Origin: Candidatus Syntropharchaeum caldarium
Lineage (GTDB): Archaea > Halobacteriota > Syntropharchaeia > Syntropharchaeales > Syntropharchaeaceae
Assembly (NCBI GenBank): GCA_001766815.1
Contig: LYOS01000003.1
Location: 235,254 to 267,253 of the forward strand
DNA: 32,000 nt
Reading direction: 5' to 3'
Position numbers and translations under genes: made by a program. The notes below the pieces were generated by a model. That model was not told where the DNA came from. It worked only from the letters and a program-made list of their open reading frames with translations, and ran no database searches. This document shows, one piece after another, positions 16,746 to 24,925 of the stretch (positions are counted from its first letter, which is position 1; each line of letters begins with the position of its first letter).

Positions 16746-17855
16746 ATGAAGTTTGCAGAAGAGGGAAATATAGACGACCTTGAGGCGAAGGTCGCATACA
16801 CCGGGCTGTGCTGTTACTGTGGTGCCTGTGGCGGATTCTGTACAGAGTACATCCGTTATGAGAATGATATTCCAACGACTGATGAGAAATGCTACGAGCT
16901 TCACGGTGCATGCTTTGATTTTTGCCCGCGGACGTTTTTGCCCATCCTTGAGATGGAGAAAGAAGTTCTTGGTGGTGTGAGGAGTGACAAAGACCTTGGA
17001 TATTACACCGAGATCATAACTGCAAAGGCGAGCGATGCAGTCATCAACGAAAAGGGGCAGGACGGTGGTGTTGTGACAGCACTTCTCACCTATCTCATGG
17101 AGAAGGGAGAGATCGATGCCGCATGCATCTCAAAGAACTCAGATGAAGAAAAGTGGAAGCCTGAACCGTTTGTTGCAACCAGCAAAGAGGATATTCTTGC
17201 AGGTGCTGGGTCAAACTATGAACAGTGCCCAACGATCATCGGTGTTGCGAACGCAATAGCTGATGGTAAAGAGAGCATCGCGATGGTTGGACTGCCATGT
17301 CATGTTCAGGCGATGCGAAAGATTCAGCTCTCGGATTATTTCGATGTTGGCGGCAGCAAGGTCAAGTATGTGATCGGACTACTCTGTACCGAGACATTCG
17401 ATCGGGATCTGCTGCTTGCAAAACTTGGTGAACTTGGGGTAAAGATTGACGACGTCAAGAAGTTCGATATCGGCGAGGGTAAGTTCAAGATCTTCACCGA
17501 TGGTGGTGAGATAACCGAGAAGATCTCAGCCATGAAGTCCTGCATGCGTGAGGGTTGCACTTTCTGCTATGACTTTGCAGCAGAGCTTGGAGATATATCT
17601 GTCGGTTCGATTGGTGCGGAAGCAGGCTGGAATACAGTTATAATCAGGAGTGAGACCGGTAAGAAGCTTATCGATGATGCAAAGAAGGCTGGTGTGATCG
17701 AGACCAAGGCGATGGCAGACGACAAGATTGAGCTTGTCAGAAAGCTCGCATCAAGGAAGAAGACAGGCAACCTGAAGAAAATCATAGAGGCTGCAGGTGC
17801 AGTGAAGATATTGAACCTCGCAGTAGATCCTTCAGAGATGGACCTGCTTCTCTGA
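16746..17855 (+). CDS. Coenzyme F420 hydrogenase/dehydrogenase beta-subunit (FrhB/FdhB/FpoF) family protein
   Basis: The start is ATG 16746 (GGAGGA at 16735-16740). An N-terminal Fe-S cluster motif CCYCGACGGFC...CFDFCP is followed by FrhB-like N and C domains (GQDGGVVTALL, GLPCHVQA, CTFCYDF). Confidence 0.75.
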   Translation: MKFAEEGNIDDLEAKVAYTGLCCYCGACGGFCTEYIRYENDIPTTDEKCYELHGACFDFCPRTFLPILEMEKEVLGGVRSDKDLGYYTEIITAKASDAVINEKGQDGGVVTALLTYLMEKGEIDAACISKNSDEEKWKPEPFVATSKEDILAGAGSNYEQCPTIIGVANAIADGKESIAMVGLPCHVQAMRKIQLSDYFDVGGSKVKYVIGLLCTETFDRDLLLAKLGELGVKIDDVKKFDIGEGKFKIFTDGGEITEKISAMKSCMREGCTFCYDFAAELGDISVGSIGAEAGWNTVIIRSETGKKLIDDAKKAGVIETKAMADDKIELVRKLASRKKTGNLKKIIEAAGAVKILNLAVDPSEMDLLL

Positions 17856-17858
17856 GTG

Positions 17859-17889
17859 CCGGGTAATCCCGGTTTTTCTTTTCTTTTTT
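17859..17889 (+). terminator. Hairpin plus oligo-T terminator
   Basis: CCGGG-TAAT-CCCGG (17859-17872) is followed by TTTTTCTTTTCTTTTTT. It begins 4 nt after the FrhB-family stop. Confidence 0.6.
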
Positions 17890-17897
17890 GCGCTATT

Positions 17898-18359
17898 TCA
17901 ATACTGAAGGTCAAGATCAACTGTAGACTCTTCTTTTAATATCCGAAGCACCATGTGGCTCTTGACTCGTGTGACCCCCTCAATCTGATTGAGCTTACCA
18001 AGGTATGTGGCACACTCCTCGCCCTGCCCAAAACACTTCGACTTTACAATAAGATCAACGTCGCCTGTGACCTGGTAGATGCAGCAGACTCCATCAAGTT
18101 CTTTGATCCTTAACGCAACATCTCTTGGGTCGTATTCGGATCCAACCTCAACGAGGCTTATCATCGTGTTAACCCCCAGAATCGTATGATCAAGAACAAC
18201 GGTGTATCCCTTGAGAACCCCGCTCTCTTCCAGACGCCGCACACGCTCGCTCACCGTAGCAGTTGTTGTGCCGATCTGCGTCGCGATCTTCCTGAAGGAT
18301 AGTCTCCCGTTTTGCTGCATAGCCATCAGGATCTTTCGATCAAGCTCATCGAGTTTCAT
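17898..18359 (-). CDS. Lrp/AsnC-family transcriptional regulator
   Basis: 153 aa. The N-terminal HTH is LDRKILMAMQQNGRLSFRKIATQIGTTTATVSERVRRLEESGVL, followed by a C-terminal RAM/ACT-like domain. Its ATG overlaps the argB stop (ATGA). Confidence 0.9.
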   Translation of the reverse strand: MKLDELDRKILMAMQQNGRLSFRKIATQIGTTTATVSERVRRLEESGVLKGYTVVLDHTILGVNTMISLVEVGSEYDPRDVALRIKELDGVCCIYQVTGDVDLIVKSKCFGQGEECATYLGKLNQIEGVTRVKSHMVLRILKEESTVDLDLQY

Positions 18360-19207
18360 TTTTTTACCCCCTCTATCATCGTTCCAACACCCTGATCTGT
18401 GAACAGTTCAAGCAAGATCGAGTGTGGCCTTTTTCCATTTATGATATGACATTTTACCCCTGCTGCGACCGCATGTAAGGCTGCATTCACCTTCGGGATC
18501 ATACCCTTCTCGATCACGCCGGTATTGATCAGGTTAAAGACATCATCTGGTGTTAGTTTTGGGATCAGGCTCTCAGGATCGTTGACATCTTTCAGAACGC
18601 CGTTGACATCTGTTAAGATCAGAAGGCGCTCTGCAGAAAGTGCTGCTGCGATCTCTCCTGCTGCGATATCTGCATTGATGTTCAGGCTGTTTCCCTCACG
18701 ATCCACGCCGATAGGGGAGACGACCGGAATGTAGCCTTTTTCGGATGTAATCTCAAGGATCTCAGCGTTTATCGAGGCAACATCCCCTACCCAGCCAAGT
18801 TCATCACTCTGTTTTCTTGCTTCAATCAACCTGCCATCCTTCCCAGATAAGCCAACTCCCTTTGCTCCATGCTTCCCGATCAGTGATACAAGCCTGTGAT
18901 TCACGTTCCCAACGAGCACCATTCGCGTAATCTCAAGCGTCTCATCATCTGTGACACGCAATCCCTTCACAAAAGCAGGTTTCTTTCCCAAACGCTCCAT
19001 CTTTTCTGTGATCTCTCTTCCGCCACCATGAACAAGCACAGGTTTAATCCCAACATATCGCAAGAGCACGATATCCTGAACAAGACTGTCCATCAATATA
19101 TCATCAACAAGCACCTCGCCACCCACTTTGAGAACCATCACCGATTTATGAAACTTCTGGATGTAAGGCAGCGCCTCTATCAAAATATCCTCACGCTTCA
19201 GGGTCAT
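18356..19207 (-). CDS. argB: Acetylglutamate kinase (amino-acid kinase family; the ArgB/LysZ type cannot be separated by eye)
   Basis: 283 aa. The motifs are VLKVGGEVL, VLVHGGG and NINAD. A TATA-like TTTTTATAAAA on the minus strand lies ~25-35 nt upstream of the ATG. Confidence 0.85.
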   Translation of the reverse strand: MTLKREDILIEALPYIQKFHKSVMVLKVGGEVLVDDILMDSLVQDIVLLRYVGIKPVLVHGGGREITEKMERLGKKPAFVKGLRVTDDETLEITRMVLVGNVNHRLVSLIGKHGAKGVGLSGKDGRLIEARKQSDELGWVGDVASINAEILEITSEKGYIPVVSPIGVDREGNSLNINADIAAGEIAAALSAERLLILTDVNGVLKDVNDPESLIPKLTPDDVFNLINTGVIEKGMIPKVNAALHAVAAGVKCHIINGKRPHSILLELFTDQGVGTMIEGVKK

Positions 19208-19330
19208 AACTTTACATCTGTCTTCATTTTATAAAAAGTTCTATACAAACGGAATGATCTGCACTGTTGCACCCTGTTAGAGGGCACTGCACAAACTACA
19301 CGATTGAAACCGATTTCAAGTGCATAAGTT

Positions 19331-19368
19331 AAAAAATCGTGAGGGGGACTGTTTTTTTAAATCCCCTC
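19331..19368 (-). terminator. Hairpin plus oligo-T terminator of the beta-oxidation operon
   Basis: On the minus strand, GAGGGGA-N13-TCCCCTC (19341-19368) is followed by ACGATTTTTT (complement of 19331-19340). It lies 24 nt downstream of the nitroreductase stop. Confidence 0.55.
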
Positions 19369-19391
19369 GATCTGTTCTTTTTTTACGTTTT

Positions 19392-19949
19392 TCAGCTGGT
19401 ACTTTCCCCAAGTCTTTCGTAGAATACAAACTCGCTGACCTCTTTTCGCGGTGGTGCTTTACCTTCATGAGCGGGGTGTCCGAGTGGGATCAGTTCAACC
19501 ACGGTGTATTCAGGTGGAACTTCAAGGAGTTCTTCGGCTGCACTGTAGTCAAATAACCCGACATGAACTGTCCCAAGACCGATCGAGTAAGCAGCAAGCA
19601 TCAGGTTATGGGTTGCAAGGGCCACATCAAACATGAACCAGCTCTCCCCGCGTTCTGTCGCTGGTTTGTTATCATAGTAACCCGACTTTCCCTTCTCTGC
19701 ACATGCAACAATTACGACAGGTGCCTGTGTAAAAGCCTTCCTTGCAGGGTTCTTTGTCGTGAGCGTTTCTCCCAGCTTTTCCCTGGTTGCTGGATCACGT
19801 ACAACAATGAATGCCCAGCACTGTGTATTTGCCCAAGAGGGTGCCCAGCGCGCTGCCTCAAAGATGAAGGCTAATTCCTCATCTGTGACTGGCTCATCTG
19901 TGTATTTCCTGATGCTCCTTCGCCCTTTTATCGCCTCGATTAATTCCAT
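19392..19949 (-). CDS. Nitroreductase-family FMN oxidoreductase
   Basis: The start is ATG 19949 (MELIEAIKGRRSIRKYTDEPV...), not the track start at 20045, which would run into the acd gene. It begins 1 nt after the acd stop. Confidence 0.8.
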   Translation of the reverse strand: MELIEAIKGRRSIRKYTDEPVTDEELAFIFEAARWAPSWANTQCWAFIVVRDPATREKLGETLTTKNPARKAFTQAPVVIVACAEKGKSGYYDNKPATERGESWFMFDVALATHNLMLAAYSIGLGTVHVGLFDYSAAEELLEVPPEYTVVELIPLGHPAHEGKAPPRKEVSEFVFYERLGESTS

Positions 19950-19950
19950 A

Positions 19951-21474
19951 CTAAAACTTATCCTCGTCCCTGTACCAGTCAGGGAACCATCTATAGTGTT
20001 CTGGTGGATTTGTTTTTCGCAGCGCATCGTATGTTGCCTTAACAAGCTGGATACCTTTTCGTCTATCTCTGTAGAGATCTACAAGACCCTTCTCTTCCAG
20101 TGAAATCAGGATTTCATCGAGTTTTTCATCGTCGACATCGAACTCTGCTTTTATATCATCTCTTGACATGTGGAGACCTGGGTTGGCACGGTAGTCCTCA
20201 GCAAGGACTTTGAGTAGCTTTTCCTCGTCAATCGGTGACTTATCTCCAGATCTGAGCGTTGAAATGGCTACGCCAAGCTCCTCATCCATCACACGCTTGT
20301 GTACGACCTTGAGATCGTTCCGCATCTCAGCAAGACCTGCTCTGTATATGATCGATTTCATGATCTCGTTTGTACCCATCGTAATCTGGTGGATCTTTGC
20401 ATCTCTGAGGTTCCATTCGACTGGATAGAACTTCGTGAGTCCATCGCCACCCATAAGTTGTATGGCTTCTTTGGCACAGTTGAATGTCGCATCTGAGATG
20501 AACATCTTGGTGATAGCGCTCTCTGTGGCGGGCTCTTTGCCGAGATCGATGAGGTGTGCGGTATGGTAGAGCATTAGCCTTGCAAGCTTCAGATCCTTGA
20601 TAATATCTGCTACCTTTGCCTGATTTGTTGGAAGATCAGACGTCTTTTTGCCGAACTGAACTCGACGTTCCATATACCATACAGGCTGTTTCAGACATTC
20701 TCCAAGCATACCGACAAGCATTGATGATCCGATCGTTCGTTCGTAGTTGAGCCCGGACATCATCGCCATCCAGCCATCACCTACATTACCGACCATGTTC
20801 TCATCAGTGACCTCAACCCCGTCAAGGCTCAGAACTCCATTTGGTACCATGCAGAAACCGATCAGATCATTTATCTTCTCAAGCGTAAATCCGGGTATAC
20901 CTTTCTTGATCAGAAATCCCGTTAGATGTTTGTACTTCTTTTTATCTGCCGGATCATCGCTCGTCCTGGTATATACCATGTACCGTTCTGCCACGCCTGC
21001 GTTGGAGATGAAACGCTTTTTACCATTAATGATGTACTTATCGCCCTCTTTTACGGCTGTTGTCGCTGTTGCTGCTGCATCCGAACCAACAAACGGCTCT
21101 GTGATGCATACTGCACCAAGCTGTCCCTTTGCAATATCGGGGAACCATTTCTCTTGTTGTTCTTCAGTACCATAGAGGTGTAGCTGATGATTACCACCCA
21201 GCATACTGACGATGTATGTAAGTCCAACAGAGGGGAGTCTGTTCAGCGCTTCAGCAACGATGCACGCCCCTGTCAATCCAAGGTTCTGTCCACCGTATTT
21301 TTCAGGAACGTCAACTCCAAAGTACCCCTCTTTTCCGATCTTCTTCATTATATCGTGGGGGTATTCTCGCCTCCAGAGCGCTCGTTCTGCATCAGGCCTT
21401 ATCTCATCAACGAACTCTTCGATCTCTTTTGCAAGCTTTATCTGCTCTTCAGTCCACCAGGGAAAACTTTCCAT
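19951..21474 (-). CDS. Acyl-CoA dehydrogenase with a ~115-aa C-terminal extension
   Basis: 507 aa. The ACAD core ends near residue ~392 (..IIYRAGLAEM). The extra tail contains a winged-helix-like stretch (DEKLDEILISLEEKGLVDLYRDRRKGIQLVKATYDAL). Confidence 0.85.
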   Translation of the reverse strand: MESFPWWTEEQIKLAKEIEEFVDEIRPDAERALWRREYPHDIMKKIGKEGYFGVDVPEKYGGQNLGLTGACIVAEALNRLPSVGLTYIVSMLGGNHQLHLYGTEEQQEKWFPDIAKGQLGAVCITEPFVGSDAAATATTAVKEGDKYIINGKKRFISNAGVAERYMVYTRTSDDPADKKKYKHLTGFLIKKGIPGFTLEKINDLIGFCMVPNGVLSLDGVEVTDENMVGNVGDGWMAMMSGLNYERTIGSSMLVGMLGECLKQPVWYMERRVQFGKKTSDLPTNQAKVADIIKDLKLARLMLYHTAHLIDLGKEPATESAITKMFISDATFNCAKEAIQLMGGDGLTKFYPVEWNLRDAKIHQITMGTNEIMKSIIYRAGLAEMRNDLKVVHKRVMDEELGVAISTLRSGDKSPIDEEKLLKVLAEDYRANPGLHMSRDDIKAEFDVDDEKLDEILISLEEKGLVDLYRDRRKGIQLVKATYDALRKTNPPEHYRWFPDWYRDEDKF

Positions 21475-21480
21475 GTTTTA

Positions 21481-22263
21481 TCACCTGTTCTTAAATTCGG
21501 GTTTTCGCTTCTCAAGGAACGCACTCGTCCCTTCTTTGAAATCTTCTGTCGAGACCGCACTTCCAAAGGCTTCTGCCTCATAATACAGCCCACGATCGAG
21601 ATCCATCTCTATTCCTTTGTTGACCGTAAGCTTGATCAGTCCAATCGTAACCGCACTGAGCTTCTTGATCTTGTTGATATATTCATCAACCTTGGCGTCA
21701 AGTTCATCCTCGGGGACCGCACAGTTTATGAGGTTCAGCCTTGCTGCCTCTGCTGCATCAATGAGCGCCCCCTGACCGAGCATATTAATCTCCATCGACT
21801 TTGTCCTTCCAACAAGCCGCGTCAATCGCTGGGTACCACCTGCACCTGGAATCAGTCCGAGATTAATCTCTGGCTGCCCAAACTTCGACTTATCGGATGC
21901 GATCCTGAAGTCACATGACATCGCAAGTTCGAGACCACCACCAAGACAGAATCCATTGATCCTTGCGATGACCGGGGTCTGAGATGCCTCAATCTCTTTT
22001 GTTATCGATTGAAGCCATATCGACCAGTTGCGAGCCTCTATGGGACTCTTTGTCTGGATCTCCGGTATATCTGCACCTGCACAGAATGCTTTATCTCCTG
22101 AACCTGTGATCACGATAACCCTGATCAGCTCATCCTCATTTGCATCCTGAACCGCTGCTCTAAGCTCTGTCATTAACGCTGTGTTAAGTGCATTCAGTGC
22201 CTTTGGACGGTTAAGCGTTATCGTTGCCACACCATCTGCCTTTTCAAAAATTATATTTTCCAT
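21481..22263 (-). CDS. Enoyl-CoA hydratase (crotonase family)
   Basis: 260 aa. The motifs are ITGSGDKAFCAGADI and GGGLELAMSCDFRIA. Confidence 0.9.
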   Translation of the reverse strand: MENIIFEKADGVATITLNRPKALNALNTALMTELRAAVQDANEDELIRVIVITGSGDKAFCAGADIPEIQTKSPIEARNWSIWLQSITKEIEASQTPVIARINGFCLGGGLELAMSCDFRIASDKSKFGQPEINLGLIPGAGGTQRLTRLVGRTKSMEINMLGQGALIDAAEAARLNLINCAVPEDELDAKVDEYINKIKKLSAVTIGLIKLTVNKGIEMDLDRGLYYEAEAFGSAVSTEDFKEGTSAFLEKRKPEFKNR

Positions 22264-22279
22264 CTACATCACCTTAGAA

Positions 22280-23146
22280 CTACTTTGAATAATCATACCA
22301 GCCTCGGCCACTCTTTCTGCCAAGCCAACCCGATCTCATGTACTCCCTCAGAATTGGAGCAGGAGCGTATGTTGGATTACCTGTCTCTTTATAGATCGAA
22401 TCCAGGACAAAAACACAGGTGTCCAGTCCGATCAGATCCATCAGCTCGAATGGACCCATTGGCCAGTTGAAACAGAGCTTCAGGAGTGTGTCCGCATCCT
22501 CTATACCAGAGAGCCCTTCCGCATGGGTGCGAGCGGCCTCGTTCAGGAGTATGAAAAGCAGGCGGTTTGTTATAAATCCTGGTGAGTCCTTCACAACAAT
22601 CGGCACCTTCCCGAGTGACTCAATGAACTTATTTGTAATCTCGGTCGTCTCATCGCTTGTGGCAATAGAGCGTATGATCTCAACGCCCTTCATCAGGGGT
22701 GGCGGATTCATGAAGTGAGTCCCTATGACAAGTTCTGGTCTCTCAGTTACTGCACCGAGTGCCGCAATCGGAAGTGTGGATGTGTTGCTTCCAAGTATCA
22801 CGCCTTCTCTGCAGTTTTCATCCAGTTTCCTGAATATTTCTTCTTTGATCTCGAGTTTTTCTGTAACTGCTTCGATGACATAATCTGCAGCTTTTGCAGC
22901 CTCTTCGAGATTCAAGGTTGGCGTAATCCGGTTAAAGATTGCATCAGCCTCATCCTGTGTCATCTTTCCTGACTTAACAAATCGTCCAAGACTCTTTTTG
23001 ATGTTGGAGAGCCCTCGTTCAAGGATCTCATCGCTGACATCAACCACGGTGACATCATAGCCCGCACTTGCACAGCTCTGAACAATCCCGTTCCCCATCA
23101 CACCGATGCCAAGCACCAAAACCCTTTTTATATCCTTCACAACCAT
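22280..23146 (-). CDS. hbd: 3-hydroxyacyl/3-hydroxybutyryl-CoA dehydrogenase
   Basis: The Rossmann motif is VLVLGIGVMGNGI, and HFMNPPPLM is also present. I prefer ATG 23146 (GAGAGGTG upstream). A GTG at 23161 overlapping the upstream stop is the alternative. Confidence 0.85.
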   Translation of the reverse strand: MVVKDIKRVLVLGIGVMGNGIVQSCASAGYDVTVVDVSDEILERGLSNIKKSLGRFVKSGKMTQDEADAIFNRITPTLNLEEAAKAADYVIEAVTEKLEIKEEIFRKLDENCREGVILGSNTSTLPIAALGAVTERPELVIGTHFMNPPPLMKGVEIIRSIATSDETTEITNKFIESLGKVPIVVKDSPGFITNRLLFILLNEAARTHAEGLSGIEDADTLLKLCFNWPMGPFELMDLIGLDTCVFVLDSIYKETGNPTYAPAPILREYMRSGWLGRKSGRGWYDYSK

Positions 23147-23157
23147 GGTCACACCTC

Positions 23158-23625
23158 TCACTCAAGCTTGAAGAGTGGAAAAACGTGCTCACCAACTGTA
23201 AAATCATCGCCAGGTATTGCAACACCCTTCTCAAGAACCACTTTTCTCCCAACAAGTGACATTCCATCATTCTGTGCCTCATCAACACCATAGTTCAATC
23301 GTCCTGGAACCCAGGGACCCTCCACAGTCTTTACGAGGCAGCAGATATATGGCCCTTCAAACCCCTGAGGGGGGACGGTTATCGTGGTAAACGTCATAAT
23401 TTCGCCTTTTCCACTCAGTTCTATTGATTTGAGATTCTTGCTTCCGCATTTCTGGCATACAGCCATAGGGGGACAGGTTATCGCCCCACAATCGTCACAT
23501 TTCAGGCCCATGAGTTTATTCTCAAGCAGCGCATTCTTGTAATCTTCCGCTGTAAGCACATACTTAAAGGCTGCTGCCATCTCTTTCTCGATCTCTTCGA
23601 GTTCTAATCCTGCCATTCCTTTCAC
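23158..23625 (-). CDS. DUF35 Zn-ribbon/OB-fold protein (thiolase-associated)
   Basis: 155 aa. It has the Zn ribbon CDDCGAITCPPMAVCQKCGS followed by an OB-fold-like C-terminus. It sits immediately downstream of the thiolase, which is the usual pairing. Confidence 0.8.
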   Translation of the reverse strand: MKGMAGLELEEIEKEMAAAFKYVLTAEDYKNALLENKLMGLKCDDCGAITCPPMAVCQKCGSKNLKSIELSGKGEIMTFTTITVPPQGFEGPYICCLVKTVEGPWVPGRLNYGVDEAQNDGMSLVGRKVVLEKGVAIPGDDFTVGEHVFPLFKLE

Positions 23626-23631
23626 CTCCTC

Positions 23632-24822
23632 TCACTTACTCCTTCTCGATCTTCCAAGTATGATGTGTGCAAGCGTTCCAAAATCCCCACCAAGATTGTC
23701 GGTCATACCAATCTCAGGTAGAGGATCAATCTGATTTCCTTTTGGTGCCTTACCCTTCATCTGTTCAACAACACCATAGATCTGGGAGATACCTGTTGCT
23801 CCGAGCGGATGTCCTTTTCCAAGCAGACCACCTGACATGTTGGTCGGGATCTTTCCACCGATCTCGAAATCACCCTCCTTACATGCTTTGTATCCCTCTC
23901 CCCACTCATAGAATCCGATCGCTTCCATCAGTATGATCTGTGCGATCGTGAAGCAGTCGTGGACCTCTGCATACTGAATATCATTGGGGCTTAAGCCTGC
24001 CTGTTTGAATGCCATTCTTGCAGATTTTACTCTTGGAACTGGCTTTGTGAAATCCTCCTGACGACCGAGTGCTCCTCCTGATGCCTGCCCTGTACCCAGG
24101 ATGTAGATCGGTTCATCGGTGTACTTTCTCGCGATATCAGCAGAACAGATTACCGCCGCAGCCCCGCCATCGGTGAATGGGCAACAATCAAGAAGCGTGA
24201 GTGGATAGCAGACAACCGCCGATTCCAGGACTTTATCGAGGGTTAAATTTCCCATCTTGCCATAGAACTGTGCATGTGGATTGAGTGCACCGTGTTTGTG
24301 ATTCTGCATTGAGATGTATGCCATATTTTCTCTCAATTCATCGAGTGGAAGATCATACATCCTGGAATAGAGAATGGTGGACATTGCAAAGACGCCTGGG
24401 AAGGTTAGACCGGCATCGCTCTCGTATCTGTCGGTGCTCATATTGAAAGTTCTTGTCGAGAACTCGGTTCCCTTTATGAGTGCGCGCTCAGCCCCGCCAA
24501 CAATGACCATATCATACATACCTGATGCAACCCATATATAGGCATCCCTGAACGCAACTGTGGCACTGGCACATGCTCCTTCAAACCTGGATGACGGTAC
24601 GTTCTCAAGGCCAATTTCTGTTGCCAGTGATGGAGCGATATTCATGATCCCATCGCCTGCAGGGAAGTAAAAACCAGCAAAGAGAGCTTCTATATCTTTT
24701 TTATCAACGCCTGCCTCATCCATCGCCTCGATAGCAGCTTCACCAAAAAGTTCCACAACATTTTTATCCTTATGTTTTCCAAATTTGGTATGTCCCATAC
24801 CTATTATTGCCACGTCTCGCAT
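23632..24822 (-). CDS. Thiolase (acetyl-CoA C-acyltransferase, SCP-x/archaeal type)
   Basis: 396 aa. The active-site Cys region is RFEGACASATVAF. The C-terminal motifs are VHDCFT and GHPLGATG. GGGTGA lies 5 nt upstream of the ATG. Confidence 0.9.
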   Translation of the reverse strand: MRDVAIIGMGHTKFGKHKDKNVVELFGEAAIEAMDEAGVDKKDIEALFAGFYFPAGDGIMNIAPSLATEIGLENVPSSRFEGACASATVAFRDAYIWVASGMYDMVIVGGAERALIKGTEFSTRTFNMSTDRYESDAGLTFPGVFAMSTILYSRMYDLPLDELRENMAYISMQNHKHGALNPHAQFYGKMGNLTLDKVLESAVVCYPLTLLDCCPFTDGGAAAVICSADIARKYTDEPIYILGTGQASGGALGRQEDFTKPVPRVKSARMAFKQAGLSPNDIQYAEVHDCFTIAQIILMEAIGFYEWGEGYKACKEGDFEIGGKIPTNMSGGLLGKGHPLGATGISQIYGVVEQMKGKAPKGNQIDPLPEIGMTDNLGGDFGTLAHIILGRSRRSK

Positions 24823-24867
24823 AAAATCACCCTTTTTAATTTTTAATAGCGAAGATTAGTCGGTGCT

Positions 24868-24881
24868 GTTAATATTAAAAA
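24868..24881 (-). promoter_or_regulatory. Candidate TATA box for the beta-oxidation operon
   Basis: The minus strand reads TTTTTAATATTAAC about 50-60 nt upstream of the thiolase ATG. That would leave a ~20-nt leader carrying the GGGTGA SD-like element. Confidence 0.3.
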
Positions 24882-24925
24882 CTTTTGCTTTCCTCAAGCT
24901 CTCTATTAGCACCCTGCACAGGCTG

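Noticed and set aside
19260-19330. A cluster of TGCAC/GCACTG words, plus the 8-mer GCACCCTG that also occurs at 24910-24917, so it flanks the beta-oxidation operon on both sides.
   Set aside because: A shared 8-mer in a 32-kb window is expected by chance. I could find no extended direct or inverted repeat and no tRNA- or sRNA-like fold.
21187-21918. A 243-aa ORF on the + strand, and the nested 123-aa ORF at 21212-21583.
   Set aside because: It is entirely antisense to the well-supported acyl-CoA dehydrogenase and crotonase genes. The translation is Ser/Pro/Leu/Phe/Cys-rich with no motifs. It is a typical shadow ORF.
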